A stretch of DNA of 64,000 nt from Actinomyces sp. (GCF_030524025.1 NZ_JAUNHI010000003.1:27294-91293), one strand, 5' to 3'; numbered from the stretch's first letter, positions 10,306 through 20,886 are shown. The notes: generated by a model not told the origin, from the letters alone. Made by a program: numbers and translations.

Positions 10306-11637
10306 TCAGGACCGGGGAAAGAACTGGTTGATCTCGTAGTCGGTCACCTGGGCGTCGTAAGCCGTGTACTCCCGCCGCTTGTTGCGCATGAAGTACTCGA
10401 AGGCCGCCTCCCCCAGGGTGTCGGCCACGAGGTCCGAGCCGCTCATCGCAGCCACGGCGCTCTTGAGGGAGGTCGGCAGGGCTCCGATGCCCAGGGCCTG
10501 GCGCTCGCCCTCGGTCAGCGCCCACACGTCGTCCTCGGCCTCGGGGGGCAGCTCGTAGCCCTCCTCAATGCCCTTGAGGCCAGCGGCCAGGATGACGGCA
10601 TAGGCCAGGTAGGGGTTGGCCGCCGGGTCCAGCGAGCGGTACTCGACACGCACCGACTGGCCCTTGCCGGGCTTGTGCATGGGCACCCGGACGAGGGCCG
10701 AGCGGTTGTTGTGGCCCCAGCACACATAGCTGGGAGCCTCGCCGCCTCCCCACAGCCGCTTGTAGGAGTTGACGTGCTGGTTGGTGACCGCCGAGATCTC
10801 GTTGGCGTGGTGCAGCAGGCCGGCAATGAAGGACCGGCCGGTGGTGGAGAGCTGGTACTGGCCGGAGGGGTCGTAGAAGGCGTTGCGGTCGCCCTCGAAC
10901 AACGAGAAGTGGGTGTGCATGCCCGACCCGGGGTGGTCGACGAAGGGCTTGGGCATGAAGGTGGCCAGGCAGTCCTCCTGGAGGGCGACCTCCTCGACGA
11001 CGGCGCGGAAGGTCATGATGTTGTCGGCCATCGACAGGGCGTCGGCGAAGCGCAGGTCGATCTCGTTCTGGCCCGGGCCGCCCTCGTGGTGGGAGAACTC
11101 CACGGAGATGCCCATCTGCTCGAGCATGAGGCAGGCCCGACGGCGGAACTCGTGGGCGGTGCCCCCCGGCACGTGGTCGAAGTAGCCCGCGTAGTCGGTG
11201 GGCAGGATCCTGCCGGCCTCGTCACGCTTGACGAGGTAGAACTCGATCTCGGGGTGGACGTAGCAGGTGAAGCCCGCATCGGCCACGCGCGCCAGCTGTC
11301 GCTCGAGCACCGCCCGGGGGTCGGTGCGGGCGGGTTCGCCGTCGGGTGTCAGGACGTCGCAGAACATGCGGGCCACGCCGTTGGTGCCGTTGCGCCACGG
11401 CAGCATCTGGAAGGTCGAGGGGTCCGGGGACAGGAGCATGTCGGCCTCGAAGACGCGGGTGAGGCCCTCGATCGCCGAGCCGTCGAAACCGATACCCTCC
11501 TCGAAGGCGCCCTCGACCTCGGCAGGTGCGATCGCCACGGACTTGAGCTGGCCCAGGACATCGGTGAACCACAGGCGGATGAACCGGATGTCGCGCTCCT
11601 CGATCGCGCGGAACACGTACTCCTGCTGCTTGTCCAT
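10306..11637 (-). CDS. glnA2: glutamine synthetase (GlnA2-like)
   Basis: Start taken at MDKQQEYVFRAIEERDIRFIRLWFTDVLG. GS catalytic domain. Sits immediately upstream of glnE on the same strand, as Mtb glnA2-glnE does. Confidence 0.9.
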   Translation of the reverse strand: MDKQQEYVFRAIEERDIRFIRLWFTDVLGQLKSVAIAPAEVEGAFEEGIGFDGSAIEGLTRVFEADMLLSPDPSTFQMLPWRNGTNGVARMFCDVLTPDGEPARTDPRAVLERQLARVADAGFTCYVHPEIEFYLVKRDEAGRILPTDYAGYFDHVPGGTAHEFRRRACLMLEQMGISVEFSHHEGGPGQNEIDLRFADALSMADNIMTFRAVVEEVALQEDCLATFMPKPFVDHPGSGMHTHFSLFEGDRNAFYDPSGQYQLSTTGRSFIAGLLHHANEISAVTNQHVNSYKRLWGGGEAPSYVCWGHNNRSALVRVPMHKPGKGQSVRVEYRSLDPAANPYLAYAVILAAGLKGIEEGYELPPEAEDDVWALTEGERQALGIGALPTSLKSAVAAMSGSDLVADTLGEAAFEYFMRNKRREYTAYDAQVTDYEINQFFPRS

Positions 11638-11766
11638 CAGTGATGCCCTCCCGGTCCGTGGCGCCGCCTGCCCGCGCCCTGCCCCCATCATGCACCCTCG
11701 CGCGTGTCACGTGCGTTGCGCCACCGCCCGGCCGGGGCTGGGAGCCGATCATCTAGGCTGGAGGGC

Positions 11767-12615
11767 ATGTCGACCACCGACTCTTCACACGCCGGCGCCC
11801 CCGCCACGCTGGCAGGACAACGCCGGGTGCGGGTCCACCACCTCTCGCAGGCCAAGGCCCGCGGCGAGCAGATCGTCATGCTCACCGCTTACGACGCCGT
11901 CACCGCACGGATCCTGGACGAGGCGGGCACCGACGTGCTCCTGGTCGGGGACTCGATGGGCAATGTCATGCTCGGCCACGGCTCCACGCTGCCGGTGACC
12001 CTGGAGGAGATGCTCGTGGCCACCCGGTCGGTGGCCCGCGCCACCGACCGGGCGTTGGTGCTGGCCGACCTGCCCTTCGGCAGCTACGAGGCGGGCCCGG
12101 AGCAGGCCCTGGCCAGCGCCGTCAGCCTGGTCAAGGCCGGCGCCCACGCCGTCAAGATCGAGGGCGGAGCGGTGCGCGCGGCCTCGGTGCGTCTCATCAC
12201 CGAGGCGGGCATCCCGGTCTTCGGGCACATCGGGTTCACGCCGCAGTCGGTCAACGCCCTCGGCGGCTACCGGGTGCAGGGCCGCGGCGAGGGCGCCGCC
12301 GACGCGCTGGTGGCCGACGCCCTGGCCCTGACGGAGGCCGGTGCGGTGGCCTTCATCGTCGAGATGGTCCCCGAGTCCGTCGGCGCCCGGATCACCCACG
12401 AGTGCCCCGTGCCCGTCATCGGCATCGGGGCCGGCGCCCGGTGCGACGGCCAGGTCCTCGTGTGGACGGACATGGCCGGCATGTCCCAGTGGTCGCCGCG
12501 CTTCGCCGCGCGTTTCGGTCAGGTGGGGCAGGCGCTGCGCGAGGCCGCCCAGTCCTACGGGGAGGCGGTCCGGGAGGGCTCCTTCCCCGCCCAGGAGCAC
12601 TGGTTCGACTCCTGA
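11767..12615 (+). CDS. panB: 3-methyl-2-oxobutanoate hydroxymethyltransferase
   Basis: RBS GGAGGG then ATG. MLTAYDAVTARILDEAGTDVLLVGDSMGNVMLGH matches the PanB core. An alternative upstream start lies at 11704. Confidence 0.9.
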   Translation: MSTTDSSHAGAPATLAGQRRVRVHHLSQAKARGEQIVMLTAYDAVTARILDEAGTDVLLVGDSMGNVMLGHGSTLPVTLEEMLVATRSVARATDRALVLADLPFGSYEAGPEQALASAVSLVKAGAHAVKIEGGAVRAASVRLITEAGIPVFGHIGFTPQSVNALGGYRVQGRGEGAADALVADALALTEAGAVAFIVEMVPESVGARITHECPVPVIGIGAGARCDGQVLVWTDMAGMSQWSPRFAARFGQVGQALREAAQSYGEAVREGSFPAQEHWFDS

Positions 12616-12655
12616 GGCCCGCCACGACGACGGGCAAGGGCCCTCCCGGACCGGG

Positions 12656-13387
12656 TCACAGGCCCTCGGGGTGGTCCCAGTCGATCGGGACGGGGACGAC
12701 GCCCTCGAAGGCGGAGGTGATGTCCTTGGAGGGGAAGGTCACCCCCTGGTCCGCGGGGTCGTGGGCCCAGCGGATGAGTGTGGGCGCCCCGTCGGGGGCG
12801 GTGGGGTCGACCTCGACGCTCGTGATCGCGCAGTTGGCCATCGGGGCCCAGCCATAGACCTCCAGGCCGATCCAGCGGCTCATGATCGTCATGATCGTCA
12901 TGCCGTGGGAGACGATGAGCACCTCCTCGTCGTCTCCGCGCCCCTCGGCCACCGCCGCACGCAGGTCCGCCATGACCCGGGCGATGGCGCCGTCGATGTC
13001 GGCCAGGTAGTCGCGGGCGTGGATCCCCTCGGGCGCCCCGGGATGGGTCCCGGCCAGGACCGGCGGCAGGTGCTCCTCAGCGGGCAGGGCGGCGTGCATC
13101 TCGGGGTCCGGCCCACCGTCGTAGATGCCGTAGTTGTACTCCCGCAGGCCGATGAGGTTGACCGGCACGACCTCCGGGTGGGGCTCCAGGAGGATCGAGC
13201 CCGTCTCCTGGACCCTGCCCTGGGGGCTGAGGTAGGCCCGCGTCAAGGGGGTGCCGGCCAGGTAGTCGCGGCAGATCTCGACCCCTTTGCGTCCGTCCGG
13301 GGTCAGGGGGGAGTCGGCGGCGCCCTGGGTGCGACGCTGCTCGTTGAGGACGGTGCGACCGTGTCGCACAAAGTGCATCTTCGCCAT
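12656..13387 (-). CDS. histidine phosphatase family protein
   Basis: Start taken at [22 protein letters not shown] (RHG motif). The upstream part of the 292-aa ORF is Arg/Pro-rich and was judged non-coding. Confidence 0.75.
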   Translation of the reverse strand: MAKMHFVRHGRTVLNEQRRTQGAADSPLTPDGRKGVEICRDYLAGTPLTRAYLSPQGRVQETGSILLEPHPEVVPVNLIGLREYNYGIYDGGPDPEMHAALPAEEHLPPVLAGTHPGAPEGIHARDYLADIDGAIARVMADLRAAVAEGRGDDEEVLIVSHGMTIMTIMSRWIGLEVYGWAPMANCAITSVEVDPTAPDGAPTLIRWAHDPADQGVTFPSKDITSAFEGVVPVPIDWDHPEGL

Positions 13388-13494
13388 GTGGTCATCGTAT
13401 GACAGGTCCTGCGCCGAGGGGCGCGATCGGCGGCGCCGGACCGGGGCGGGGCGGCGCGGGGCGGGCACCGCCCGCACGCTCCTATGCTGTGGCC

Positions 13495-14385
13495 ATGAGT
13501 TCCTCGATCCGAGCCCTGGCCGACCGTGCACCACGTGGGACCCTGACCAAGGGGGAGCTGGGGCCGCCGCGGCGCGTGCCCGGCTCGATCCCGCGCCCCG
13601 AGTACATGTTCCACGACGGGCCCGAACGGGTGACCGCCTCCGACGTCAAGAACGCCGAGACCATTGAGCGCATCCGGGCCGCGGGGCGGCTGGCGGCCCG
13701 TGCCCTGGCCGAGGCTGCCGCGGCGATCGCACCGGGGGTGACCACCGATGAGCTCGACCGCATCGCCCACGAGTACCTGTGCGACCACGGCGCCTACCCC
13801 TCGTGCCTGGGCTACATGGGTTACCCCAAGTCGATCTGCACCTCGGTCAACGAGGTCATCTGCCACGGCATCCCGGACTCCACCGTGCTCAATGAGGGCG
13901 ACCTCATCAACATCGACGTCACCGCCTACCTCGACGGCGTACACGGGGACACCAACGCCACCTTCCCCGTCGGTGAGGTCGACGAGGAGACGGCCCTGCT
14001 CATCTCCCGTACCCGCACCGCCATGGAGCGCGGCATCCGCGCTGTGCGGCCGGGGCGGGAGGTCAACGTCATCGGACGGGTCATCGAGGCCTACGCCCGG
14101 CGCTTCGACTACGGAGTCGTGCGCGACTACACCGGCCACGGAGTGGGTGAGGCCTTCCACTCCGGTCTCATCATCCCCCACTACGACGCCGCCCCCCTGC
14201 ACGACGAGATCATGGAGGTGGGCATGGTCTTCACCATCGAGCCGATGCTCACCCTGGGCGGCATCGACTGGGAGCAGTGGGACGACGGGTGGACGGTGGT
14301 GACGCGGGACCGCTCCCGCACCGCACAGTTCGAGCACACCCTCGTGGTCACCGAGGACGGCGCCGAGGTGCTCACCGTGCCCTGA
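13495..14385 (+). CDS. map: type I methionine aminopeptidase (MapB-like, with N-terminal extension)
   Basis: Pita-bread fold motifs ([10 protein letters not shown], metal-ligand Asp/His/Glu pattern). An N-terminal extension [11 protein letters not shown] resembles MapB. Start chosen at MSSSIRAL. Confidence 0.9.
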   Translation: MSSSIRALADRAPRGTLTKGELGPPRRVPGSIPRPEYMFHDGPERVTASDVKNAETIERIRAAGRLAARALAEAAAAIAPGVTTDELDRIAHEYLCDHGAYPSCLGYMGYPKSICTSVNEVICHGIPDSTVLNEGDLINIDVTAYLDGVHGDTNATFPVGEVDEETALLISRTRTAMERGIRAVRPGREVNVIGRVIEAYARRFDYGVVRDYTGHGVGEAFHSGLIIPHYDAAPLHDEIMEVGMVFTIEPMLTLGGIDWEQWDDGWTVVTRDRSRTAQFEHTLVVTEDGAEVLTVP

Positions 14386-14501
14386 GCGCGCGCAACCGTC
14401 ATGTCACCGAGTGGGACATGACGGCTCCCACCGTATACATTCAGTCGCTGGAGGGCGCTTGTCGCCGCATCCGCTCCCGTCCACCCATCCCGGAGGCCCT
14501 C

Positions 14502-15530
14502 ATGGCTCTGCGTTTCAACCCACCGCCGAACTGGCCCGCCCCGCCCGAGGGCTTCACGCCTCCGGCCGGATGGCAGCCCGACCCCGAGTGGGGCCCCGCA
14601 CCCGACGGATGGCAGTTGTGGGTGGAGGACTCCTCCCCCGGCGCCACTGCCGGTTCCGCGCCCCAGGTGCCCTCCGCCCCCGACACGGGCTGGGCCCCCA
14701 CGCAGGCCGTGCCGACTCAGCCCTCGGCACCGTCGGTGGGATCGGCGGCGGCTGCGGGCGCCTACGCAGCCTCCGGCTATGCCCAGCCCCAGCAGCCGGC
14801 GTATCAGGCCCAGGCCGCGTCCTACCCCCAGTCACCGACTCCCTACCAGGCCCAGGCCGCGTCCTACCCGTCCCAGGGGCAGTGGCAGCAGGTCGGCGGG
14901 GGCGCCGCGGCGGCCGCCCCCACTCCGGTGACCAAGCAGTGGTGGTTCTGGGCGATCATCGTCGGACTGGTCGTCATCCTGGTCGTCAGCCTCGTCGTCG
15001 TGCTGGCCAACTCCGGCTCCGACCCGACTGCGGGACCCACGGAGTCGACCACGCCGGACAGTGTTGTCACCGAGGAGCCGACTAAGACGCCGACGGGGGG
15101 CGGCCTGGGGACCAAGACCGCCAACCCGACGCCCCCAGCCCCGGCGCCGACGACTGCGGGTACGACGACGTTCACGACGGACCTGCAGCTCGAAGACTGC
15201 TTCACCCTCGAGGACCCGAACGCCACGCAGGTCTCGACCGTCATCGTGGTCGACTGCGCCGAGCCCCATCACTTCGAGGTCTTCCTGCTCCACACCCTGA
15301 CCGATGCCGCGCTGCCCGACAGCACGACGTTTGACCAGTACGCCAAGGACATATGCGTCCCCGCCTTCAATGAGTACGTCGGGCGCGACTACTCCACCTC
15401 GATCTACGGCATTACGACGCTCACTCCCACGAATGAGTCGTGGAACTCGGGCGACCGCATACTCAAGTGCCTGATAACCAGCCTCGATGACTCCGAGCTG
15501 ACCGGCTCGGCCAAGGGCACGGGCCAGTAG
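14502..15530 (+). CDS. single-pass membrane protein paralog A: DUF2510-like N-term motif, Pro/Ala/Gln-rich linker, TM, C-terminal septum-formation-family-like domain
   Basis: GGAGG RBS then ATG. The N-terminus MALRFNPPPNWPAPPEGFTPPAGWQPDPEWGPAPDGWQLWVEDS matches the downstream paralog. TM is WWFWAIIVGLVVILVVSLVVVLA. The C-terminal DCFTLED..VVDCAEPHHFEVF pattern resembles the Septum_form family; this is inference from memory. Confidence 0.7.
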   Translation: MALRFNPPPNWPAPPEGFTPPAGWQPDPEWGPAPDGWQLWVEDSSPGATAGSAPQVPSAPDTGWAPTQAVPTQPSAPSVGSAAAAGAYAASGYAQPQQPAYQAQAASYPQSPTPYQAQAASYPSQGQWQQVGGGAAAAAPTPVTKQWWFWAIIVGLVVILVVSLVVVLANSGSDPTAGPTESTTPDSVVTEEPTKTPTGGGLGTKTANPTPPAPAPTTAGTTTFTTDLQLEDCFTLEDPNATQVSTVIVVDCAEPHHFEVFLLHTLTDAALPDSTTFDQYAKDICVPAFNEYVGRDYSTSIYGITTLTPTNESWNSGDRILKCLITSLDDSELTGSAKGTGQ

Positions 15531-15696
15531 GCGCCCCCGGTGCGCGAGCCCACGCCCGAGGACGCGCGCACCGGGAAGCACTCCCCATCCATGCCGCCCG
15601 TCAGGCGTGTGCCACTGCCCCCATGGCGTGTACATTCGTGACCGGACTGCATGACGCGTCACAACCGTTCGCCTCGTCGTCTCCCGGAGGTTCCAC

Positions 15697-16869
15697 ATGG
15701 CTCTGCGTTTCAACCCACCGCCGAACTGGCCCACTCCGCCTGACGGCTTCAACCCCCCGGCAGGCTGGCAGCCGGATCCGGCATGGGGGCCAGCGCCGGA
15801 GGGCTGGCAGCTGTGGGTCGAGGACTCGGGCACCGCTCCGGGCACGGGATCCGCTCCTCAGGCCGCCTCGGCTCCCGACGCCGGGTGGGCGCCGACGCGG
15901 GCGGTGTCGACGGGGTCCTCCCCGGTGGCCGACCCTACCGGGCAGTCCGCTGCAGCGCCGGCGGGAGACTACTCGGCGACTCCCATGGGCGGCATGGGCG
16001 GCTCGGCCCCGGTCGCGGGTTCGGCTCCTGTGGGCGGCTCCGCCCCCATGGTCGGCTCGGCCGCCTCCTCCGCGCCCTATGTGGGAGCCGACTACGCGCA
16101 GTCGCCGACCCCGTACCACAGCATGCCCGCCGGTGGTGGGCAGGTGCCGCCTCCGGGCAGTTGGCAGGCCGGAGCTCCGGTGCCCGGTGGCCCGGGAGCC
16201 TCCAAGCCTTTGGCCAAGCAGTGGTGGGTGTGGGCAATCATCGTCGGCATCGTGCTCGTCCTGGTCATCGGCATCGTGGCGCTCCTGGCCCGGGGTGGTT
16301 CGGACAGCAGCTCCAGTGGTGCGACGACGCGCAGCGCGACGCGGCAGACCTCCTCCGCCGAGGATCCCACCACCGACGCCGAAGCCCCGGAGGATGGGGA
16401 GGGCCTGTCGGAGTCCAACCCCATCGACCCCTCTCAGAGGGTCCTGACTTTCGCCGCGGACAAGTATGCGACCGACCCGAACGCCTCGATCGATGTCAAC
16501 TTCGGGGAAGTCAACTGGAACGGTGCGCAGTCCCTCAAGGACAGCTTCGCCGCTGACGGCTTGGAGACGTGGTATGAGGATCCGCCCGCCGGCAAGGTCT
16601 ATCTCCGCCTCTATGTCGAGGTCACCTACCACGGATCGGGACAGTTCAGCTCCTACGACCTGAGCATTGACTACGTCAACGGGGGCAACACCGTCGAGGC
16701 GGAGTACAGCCTCGCCTCGGACGAGTTCCGCAACCAGGACATGCCGCGTGACGGCGGCAAGGCTGCCGGCTTCGTCACCTTCGTCGTCGACGAGAGCCTG
16801 GCCAACTCCGGGGCGTTTGCCGTCACGGCCTTCTACGACTCCGAGGAGTACTACGTGTCGGCGGAGTGA
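15697..16869 (+). CDS. single-pass membrane protein paralog B: same N-terminal motif, TM, C-terminal DUF4352-like domain
   Basis: GGAGG RBS. The first 36 nt of the CDS are identical to paralog A. TM is WWVWAIIVGIVLVLVIGIVALLA. The C-terminal beta-rich domain (YLRLYVEVTYHGSG..AGFVTFVVDESLANSGAFAVTAFYD) is DUF4352-like. Confidence 0.7.
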   Translation: MALRFNPPPNWPTPPDGFNPPAGWQPDPAWGPAPEGWQLWVEDSGTAPGTGSAPQAASAPDAGWAPTRAVSTGSSPVADPTGQSAAAPAGDYSATPMGGMGGSAPVAGSAPVGGSAPMVGSAASSAPYVGADYAQSPTPYHSMPAGGGQVPPPGSWQAGAPVPGGPGASKPLAKQWWVWAIIVGIVLVLVIGIVALLARGGSDSSSSGATTRSATRQTSSAEDPTTDAEAPEDGEGLSESNPIDPSQRVLTFAADKYATDPNASIDVNFGEVNWNGAQSLKDSFAADGLETWYEDPPAGKVYLRLYVEVTYHGSGQFSSYDLSIDYVNGGNTVEAEYSLASDEFRNQDMPRDGGKAAGFVTFVVDESLANSGAFAVTAFYDSEEYYVSAE

Positions 16870-16890
16870 CCTGACGCTCACCCAACACAG

Positions 16891-16933
16891 ATGATGGCGC
16901 CCTCCCGGTTTGTTCTGGGGAGGGCGCCATCAT
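16891..16933 (+). terminator. bidirectional terminator hairpin
   Basis: Perfect 16-bp stem ATGATGGCGCCCTCCC / GGGAGGGCGCCATCAT with an 11-nt loop. Located between the paralog B stop (16869) and the 3' end of rnpB on the opposite strand. Confidence 0.6.
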
Positions 16934-16952
16934 GTGGTGGCCGGGCAGACGT

Positions 16953-17344
<392 letters not shown>

Positions 17345-17412
17345 TACCGATCCTAACGCACCCACGGAACGGCCATCGTCCTGGCACCGGTGCAGCCGCG
17401 TAGCATCGGGCC

Positions 17413-18216
17413 GTGCTCATCCTCATCCCGCCTTCCGAGGGCAAGAGCCCGCCGAGCTGCGGGCCGTCGCTCGACCTGTACCGGCTGCTGGGCGCCGACC
17501 GGCTGACCGAGGGGCGCCGTCTGGTCATCGACGAGCTGTCGCAGGTCAGTGCCGGACCGCGGGCCGCCGAGGTGCTGGGACTGGGACCCAGGAGCGCGGC
17601 CGAGGCGCGGCTCAACCTCGTGCTGGGCTCGGCCCCCTGCGCACCGGCGCACGAGCTGTTCAGCGGTGTCCTCTACGACGCGGCCGGGCTGGCGGTCCTG
17701 GCGGCCGAGCCGGCGACGCGAGAGGTGCTCGAGGGCCACGTCGTCATCTTCTCGGGATTGTGGGGGGCGCTGCGCCCCACTGACCCGGTCCCGGACCACC
17801 GGCTGTCGATGGCGGTGTCCTTGCCGAGCACCGGCAGGCTGTCATCTTTCTGGCGTGCTCCCCTCGCACCGCTCCTCAACGACCGGGCACGGCGGGCAGG
17901 GCTGGTCGTCGACTGCCGCTCGGGGGCCTACACGCCTGCGTGGACGCCGCCCGGCACCGGGGAGGTCGAGCGGGTGACCGTCCGGGTGATGGCACTGCGA
18001 GCCGACGGATCCCGGGTGGTGGTGTCGCACGCGGCCAAGCACACGCGCGGCCTGCTCGTCGGGATGCTGGTCCGGGCCCTGGGATGCGGGGATCTCGAGA
18101 CGGGCGCCTCGGTCGAGGATGTCGCGGCCTTGGCGCGGGAGGTGCCGGGGCTGCGCGGTGCCGAGCTCGGCGAGCCCGACCGCCGGGGAGGACGGGTCCT
18201 CACGCTCGTCGTCTGA
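17413..18216 (+). CDS. yaaA: peroxide stress protein YaaA (UPF0246/DUF328)
   Basis: GTG start. MLILIPPSEGK is a typical YaaA N-terminus. About 267 aa. Confidence 0.8.
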   Translation: MLILIPPSEGKSPPSCGPSLDLYRLLGADRLTEGRRLVIDELSQVSAGPRAAEVLGLGPRSAAEARLNLVLGSAPCAPAHELFSGVLYDAAGLAVLAAEPATREVLEGHVVIFSGLWGALRPTDPVPDHRLSMAVSLPSTGRLSSFWRAPLAPLLNDRARRAGLVVDCRSGAYTPAWTPPGTGEVERVTVRVMALRADGSRVVVSHAAKHTRGLLVGMLVRALGCGDLETGASVEDVAALAREVPGLRGAELGEPDRRGGRVLTLVV

Positions 18217-18239
18217 CCGTCGGGCTCTCCGGCGGGGTC

Positions 18240-18974
18240 TCAGAGGTCCATGCGCACGATGATGACGTCGTTCTCCTCGGCGTGGAGGACCGTGTCGGCG
18301 GGCGCCGCGGCGATCCTGGCGTGCTCGGCCGGACTGATCTCGATGGTGGCACCCTCGAGGCGACGGCCGTGCAGCGCCACCGCACCCAGGCCTCCGGTGC
18401 GCGCTCGGACCGCGTCATACTCCCCCAGGAGCGCGGGGCTGATCCGGGCGACGAGCTCGTCCCGCCTGGCGCGCAGCCCGGCGGTCTCCTGGTCGATGCG
18501 GGCGAACTCGGCGTCCCGGACCGTGGTCAGCTCCCGGCCCGCAGCCCGGATCTCCTGCTCCTGGGCGGCCAGTGCCTCGACCCGGTCCTGGGCGGCCTCG
18601 ACGGCCTCGATCGCGGTGATCTGCTTGTCCTCCAGCACCGCCTGCCGACGGCCGAGCTGGTCGATCTCGCCCTGGATGGCCGACAGGTCGCGGGCGGCGG
18701 CTGTGCCGGCGCTCAGCCGCTCGCGCAGGGTCTGTGCCCGGCGCACGACCTGGTCCACCTCGGTCTCGCAGTGGGTGGCCTCCGCCTTGGCGTCGGTCAG
18801 GGCCGCTGCGGCGAGCACGGCCTCGCGCTTGTTGTCCTTGAGGCGCTTGATCGTGTGCTCGATGTGGGACAGCGCGGGCAGGTGGGCGCGCTCATGACCC
18901 AGCCGGGCCAGCTGGGAGTCGAGCTGCTGGAGGTCGATGAGCAGTCGCTGCTCGGTGATGGGTGCGCTCGTCAC
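18240..18974 (-). CDS. coiled-coil protein of the DUF164 / Rv2229c family (zinc-ribbon cysteines absent)
   Basis: Long heptad-like coiled coil (LQQLDSQLARLGHERAHL...). Position is syntenic with Mtb Rv2229c, next to Nif3. The C-terminus lacks CxxC pairs. Confidence 0.65.
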   Translation of the reverse strand: MTSAPITEQRLLIDLQQLDSQLARLGHERAHLPALSHIEHTIKRLKDNKREAVLAAAALTDAKAEATHCETEVDQVVRRAQTLRERLSAGTAAARDLSAIQGEIDQLGRRQAVLEDKQITAIEAVEAAQDRVEALAAQEQEIRAAGRELTTVRDAEFARIDQETAGLRARRDELVARISPALLGEYDAVRARTGGLGAVALHGRRLEGATIEISPAEHARIAAAPADTVLHAEENDVIIVRMDL

Positions 18975-19033
18975 GGCGGGAGTCCTTCACTGGCTGTGTG
19001 CTGGCTGTCGGGTGGCGGTCTGGTTCGGCCGGG

Positions 19034-19918
19034 TCATGTGGTGCCGGTGCTCAGGCGCAGCGCCCAGGGGTCGGTAACGACCCGGGAGACGTGCACCTGG
19101 AGTCTATGCCCGCAGGCTGCGGCTGCGGCCTCCAGTGCGCGGGCCAGGGGCTCCAGCCCTACCCACTCGGTTGCCCAGTGCGTGCCGCACAGCAGGTAGG
19201 GCCGGCCGGCCTCAAGGTGTTCACCGGCCGGGTGGTGGCGCAGGTCGGCGGTGAGGAAGACGTCGGCGCCGGCTTGACGGGCGGCACCGAGGAGTGAGTC
19301 ACCGGCGCCTCCGCTGACCGCGACCCGATCCACGGTGGCCTGCGGGTCTCCGCCGACGAGCAGGCCGGGGACGGAGTCGGGCAGGGCACGGGCCACGGTC
19401 TGCGCGAACTGGGCCAGGGTGGTGGGAGCCGGCAGGCGGCCGAGACGGCCGATGCCCTGGGAGGGGTCGGCCGCATGGGGCACGAGGGGTACGACGTCGT
19501 CGAGCCCGACCACCTGGGCCAGGGCGTCGGCGACGCCTCCGTGGGCCGAGTCGAGTGTCGTGTGCGCGTTGGCCAGGGCGATGCCGGCGCGCACGAGGCG
19601 GTGGACGACCCGCCCCTTGGGGTCGGCGGCGCTGACATGGTCGGTGCCGCGCAGGTAGAGGGGGTGGTGGGTGATGACCATGTCGGCACCGCGCTCGATG
19701 GCCTCGTCGACGACGGCGGCCACCGGGTCGACGGCCAGGAGCAGGACGCTCACGGGCTCGGCGGGGTCGCCGCAGATAAGGCGGTTGGAGTCCCAGGGCT
19801 CAGCGAGCTCCGGCGGCGCCACGCCGCGCAGGAGGGTCTCGACCCCGCCGACGGTCAGGGCGGCCTGCGGGACCGACCCGGTGCTCTCGGGCGCGACCGC
19901 GCCTCCGGTCTGGCTCAT
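19034..19918 (-). CDS. Nif3-like dinuclear metal center protein (Rv2230c-like)
   Basis: Start at MSQTGG. MVITHHPLYLRG and the C-terminal histidine/glutamate ligands are typical of the NIF3/YqfO family. Confidence 0.8.
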   Translation of the reverse strand: MSQTGGAVAPESTGSVPQAALTVGGVETLLRGVAPPELAEPWDSNRLICGDPAEPVSVLLLAVDPVAAVVDEAIERGADMVITHHPLYLRGTDHVSAADPKGRVVHRLVRAGIALANAHTTLDSAHGGVADALAQVVGLDDVVPLVPHAADPSQGIGRLGRLPAPTTLAQFAQTVARALPDSVPGLLVGGDPQATVDRVAVSGGAGDSLLGAARQAGADVFLTADLRHHPAGEHLEAGRPYLLCGTHWATEWVGLEPLARALEAAAAACGHRLQVHVSRVVTDPWALRLSTGTT

Positions 19919-20122
19919 GGGGCCAAGGTTAATAGGCGTCGCCGACCGGCGGCGACGAGTAGGCAGTGACGGACCGCGCGGCCGCCGGATCATCTAATAG
20001 GTCACAAAATGGCTACGAAATGGCTTCGATTCTCATAGGCTGGGAGCATAGGTCGAGGACTCACGTCTCCCACCGACCTGCGCGAGCTCCTCATCGAGCA
20101 CCGTGCTGCGATCACGCCGTTC

Positions 20123-20800
20123 ATGGCGGGCCTGCCCGGGGTCAGCCCGCGACGCCGTCGCATCCCCGGCCTGCGCCGCGACGAGCTCGCCCGGCTCCTG
20201 GGCGTTGACACCCAGTACTACACGGACCTGGAGCAGGGCCTGCTGGCCCAGGCTCCCGAGGCGCGGCTGCGAGACCTGGTGGCCGACGTGCTCGCCCTGA
20301 CGCGTGAGGAGCGCGAGCGTCTGGCCGAGCTGCTCGAGGACTCCTACCCCGCCAACCTCCCGTGCCGGCTCCTCTATGCCCCCGTTCTGGAGTGGGGAGG
20401 GCGTTTCAACCATCAGCCCAAGCTCCTGGAGTTCGCCTTCCTCGATGAGGAGACGGCGCGCGGGTTCTGGCCGGACTGGAAGGCGGTGACCACCCGCGCG
20501 CTGGCCGACCTGAGGGCCGCCGTCAGCGACCGCCCGGACGACCCCGAGCCGCTCAGCGTCGTGGGCAACCTGACCGCACGCAGCCGTTCCTTCTGCCGGA
20601 TGTGGCTCGATGAGGATCTTCCGCCTCGCTCCTCCCACAGTGAGGAGACCATCTTCAACCCCTTCATCGGGGTGGTCACCGTGCCGTTCCGGATGCTGGA
20701 GGACGACGACGGCGCACAGGCCGTCGCCTTCGCCCCCTCCCCGGGATCCGCCGCCCACACGGCCATGCAGCGCCTGGAGGTGTGGGCGAACGCGGGATGA
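20123..20800 (+). CDS. MmyB-like helix-turn-helix transcriptional regulator (XRE-type HTH); true start unresolved
   Basis: [27 protein letters not shown] followed by an MmyB-like C-terminal domain. In-frame homology (DLRELLIEHRAAITPF) continues upstream of the ATG to a stop at 20036-20038, with no ATG, GTG or TTG in that stretch. Confidence 0.7.
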   Translation: MAGLPGVSPRRRRIPGLRRDELARLLGVDTQYYTDLEQGLLAQAPEARLRDLVADVLALTREERERLAELLEDSYPANLPCRLLYAPVLEWGGRFNHQPKLLEFAFLDEETARGFWPDWKAVTTRALADLRAAVSDRPDDPEPLSVVGNLTARSRSFCRMWLDEDLPPRSSHSEETIFNPFIGVVTVPFRMLEDDDGAQAVAFAPSPGSAAHTAMQRLEVWANAG

Positions 20801-20801
20801 G

Positions 20802-20886
20802 TGGTGCCTCCGGCGGGACTCGAACCCGCACGCCCGCAGGCAGCGACTTTTAAGGTCGCGGTGTCTACCCATTCCACCACGGAGGC
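20802..20886 (-). tRNA. tRNA-Leu (anticodon TAA), class II, CCA encoded
   Basis: Cloverleaf: acceptor GCCTCCG/CGGAGGC, anticodon stem GCGAC/GTCGC with loop CTTAAAA, 13-nt variable arm, T-arm GCGGG-TTCGAGT-CCCGC, then ACCA. Confidence 0.85.

Noticed and set aside
10195-11643. 482-aa plus-strand ORF
   Set aside because: Antisense to glnA2. Shadow ORF.
11638-11766. GlnR-type boxes in the glnA2/panB divergent spacer
   Set aside because: Only loose GTCAC-like pentamers, without the 6-nt spacing seen upstream of glnA1.
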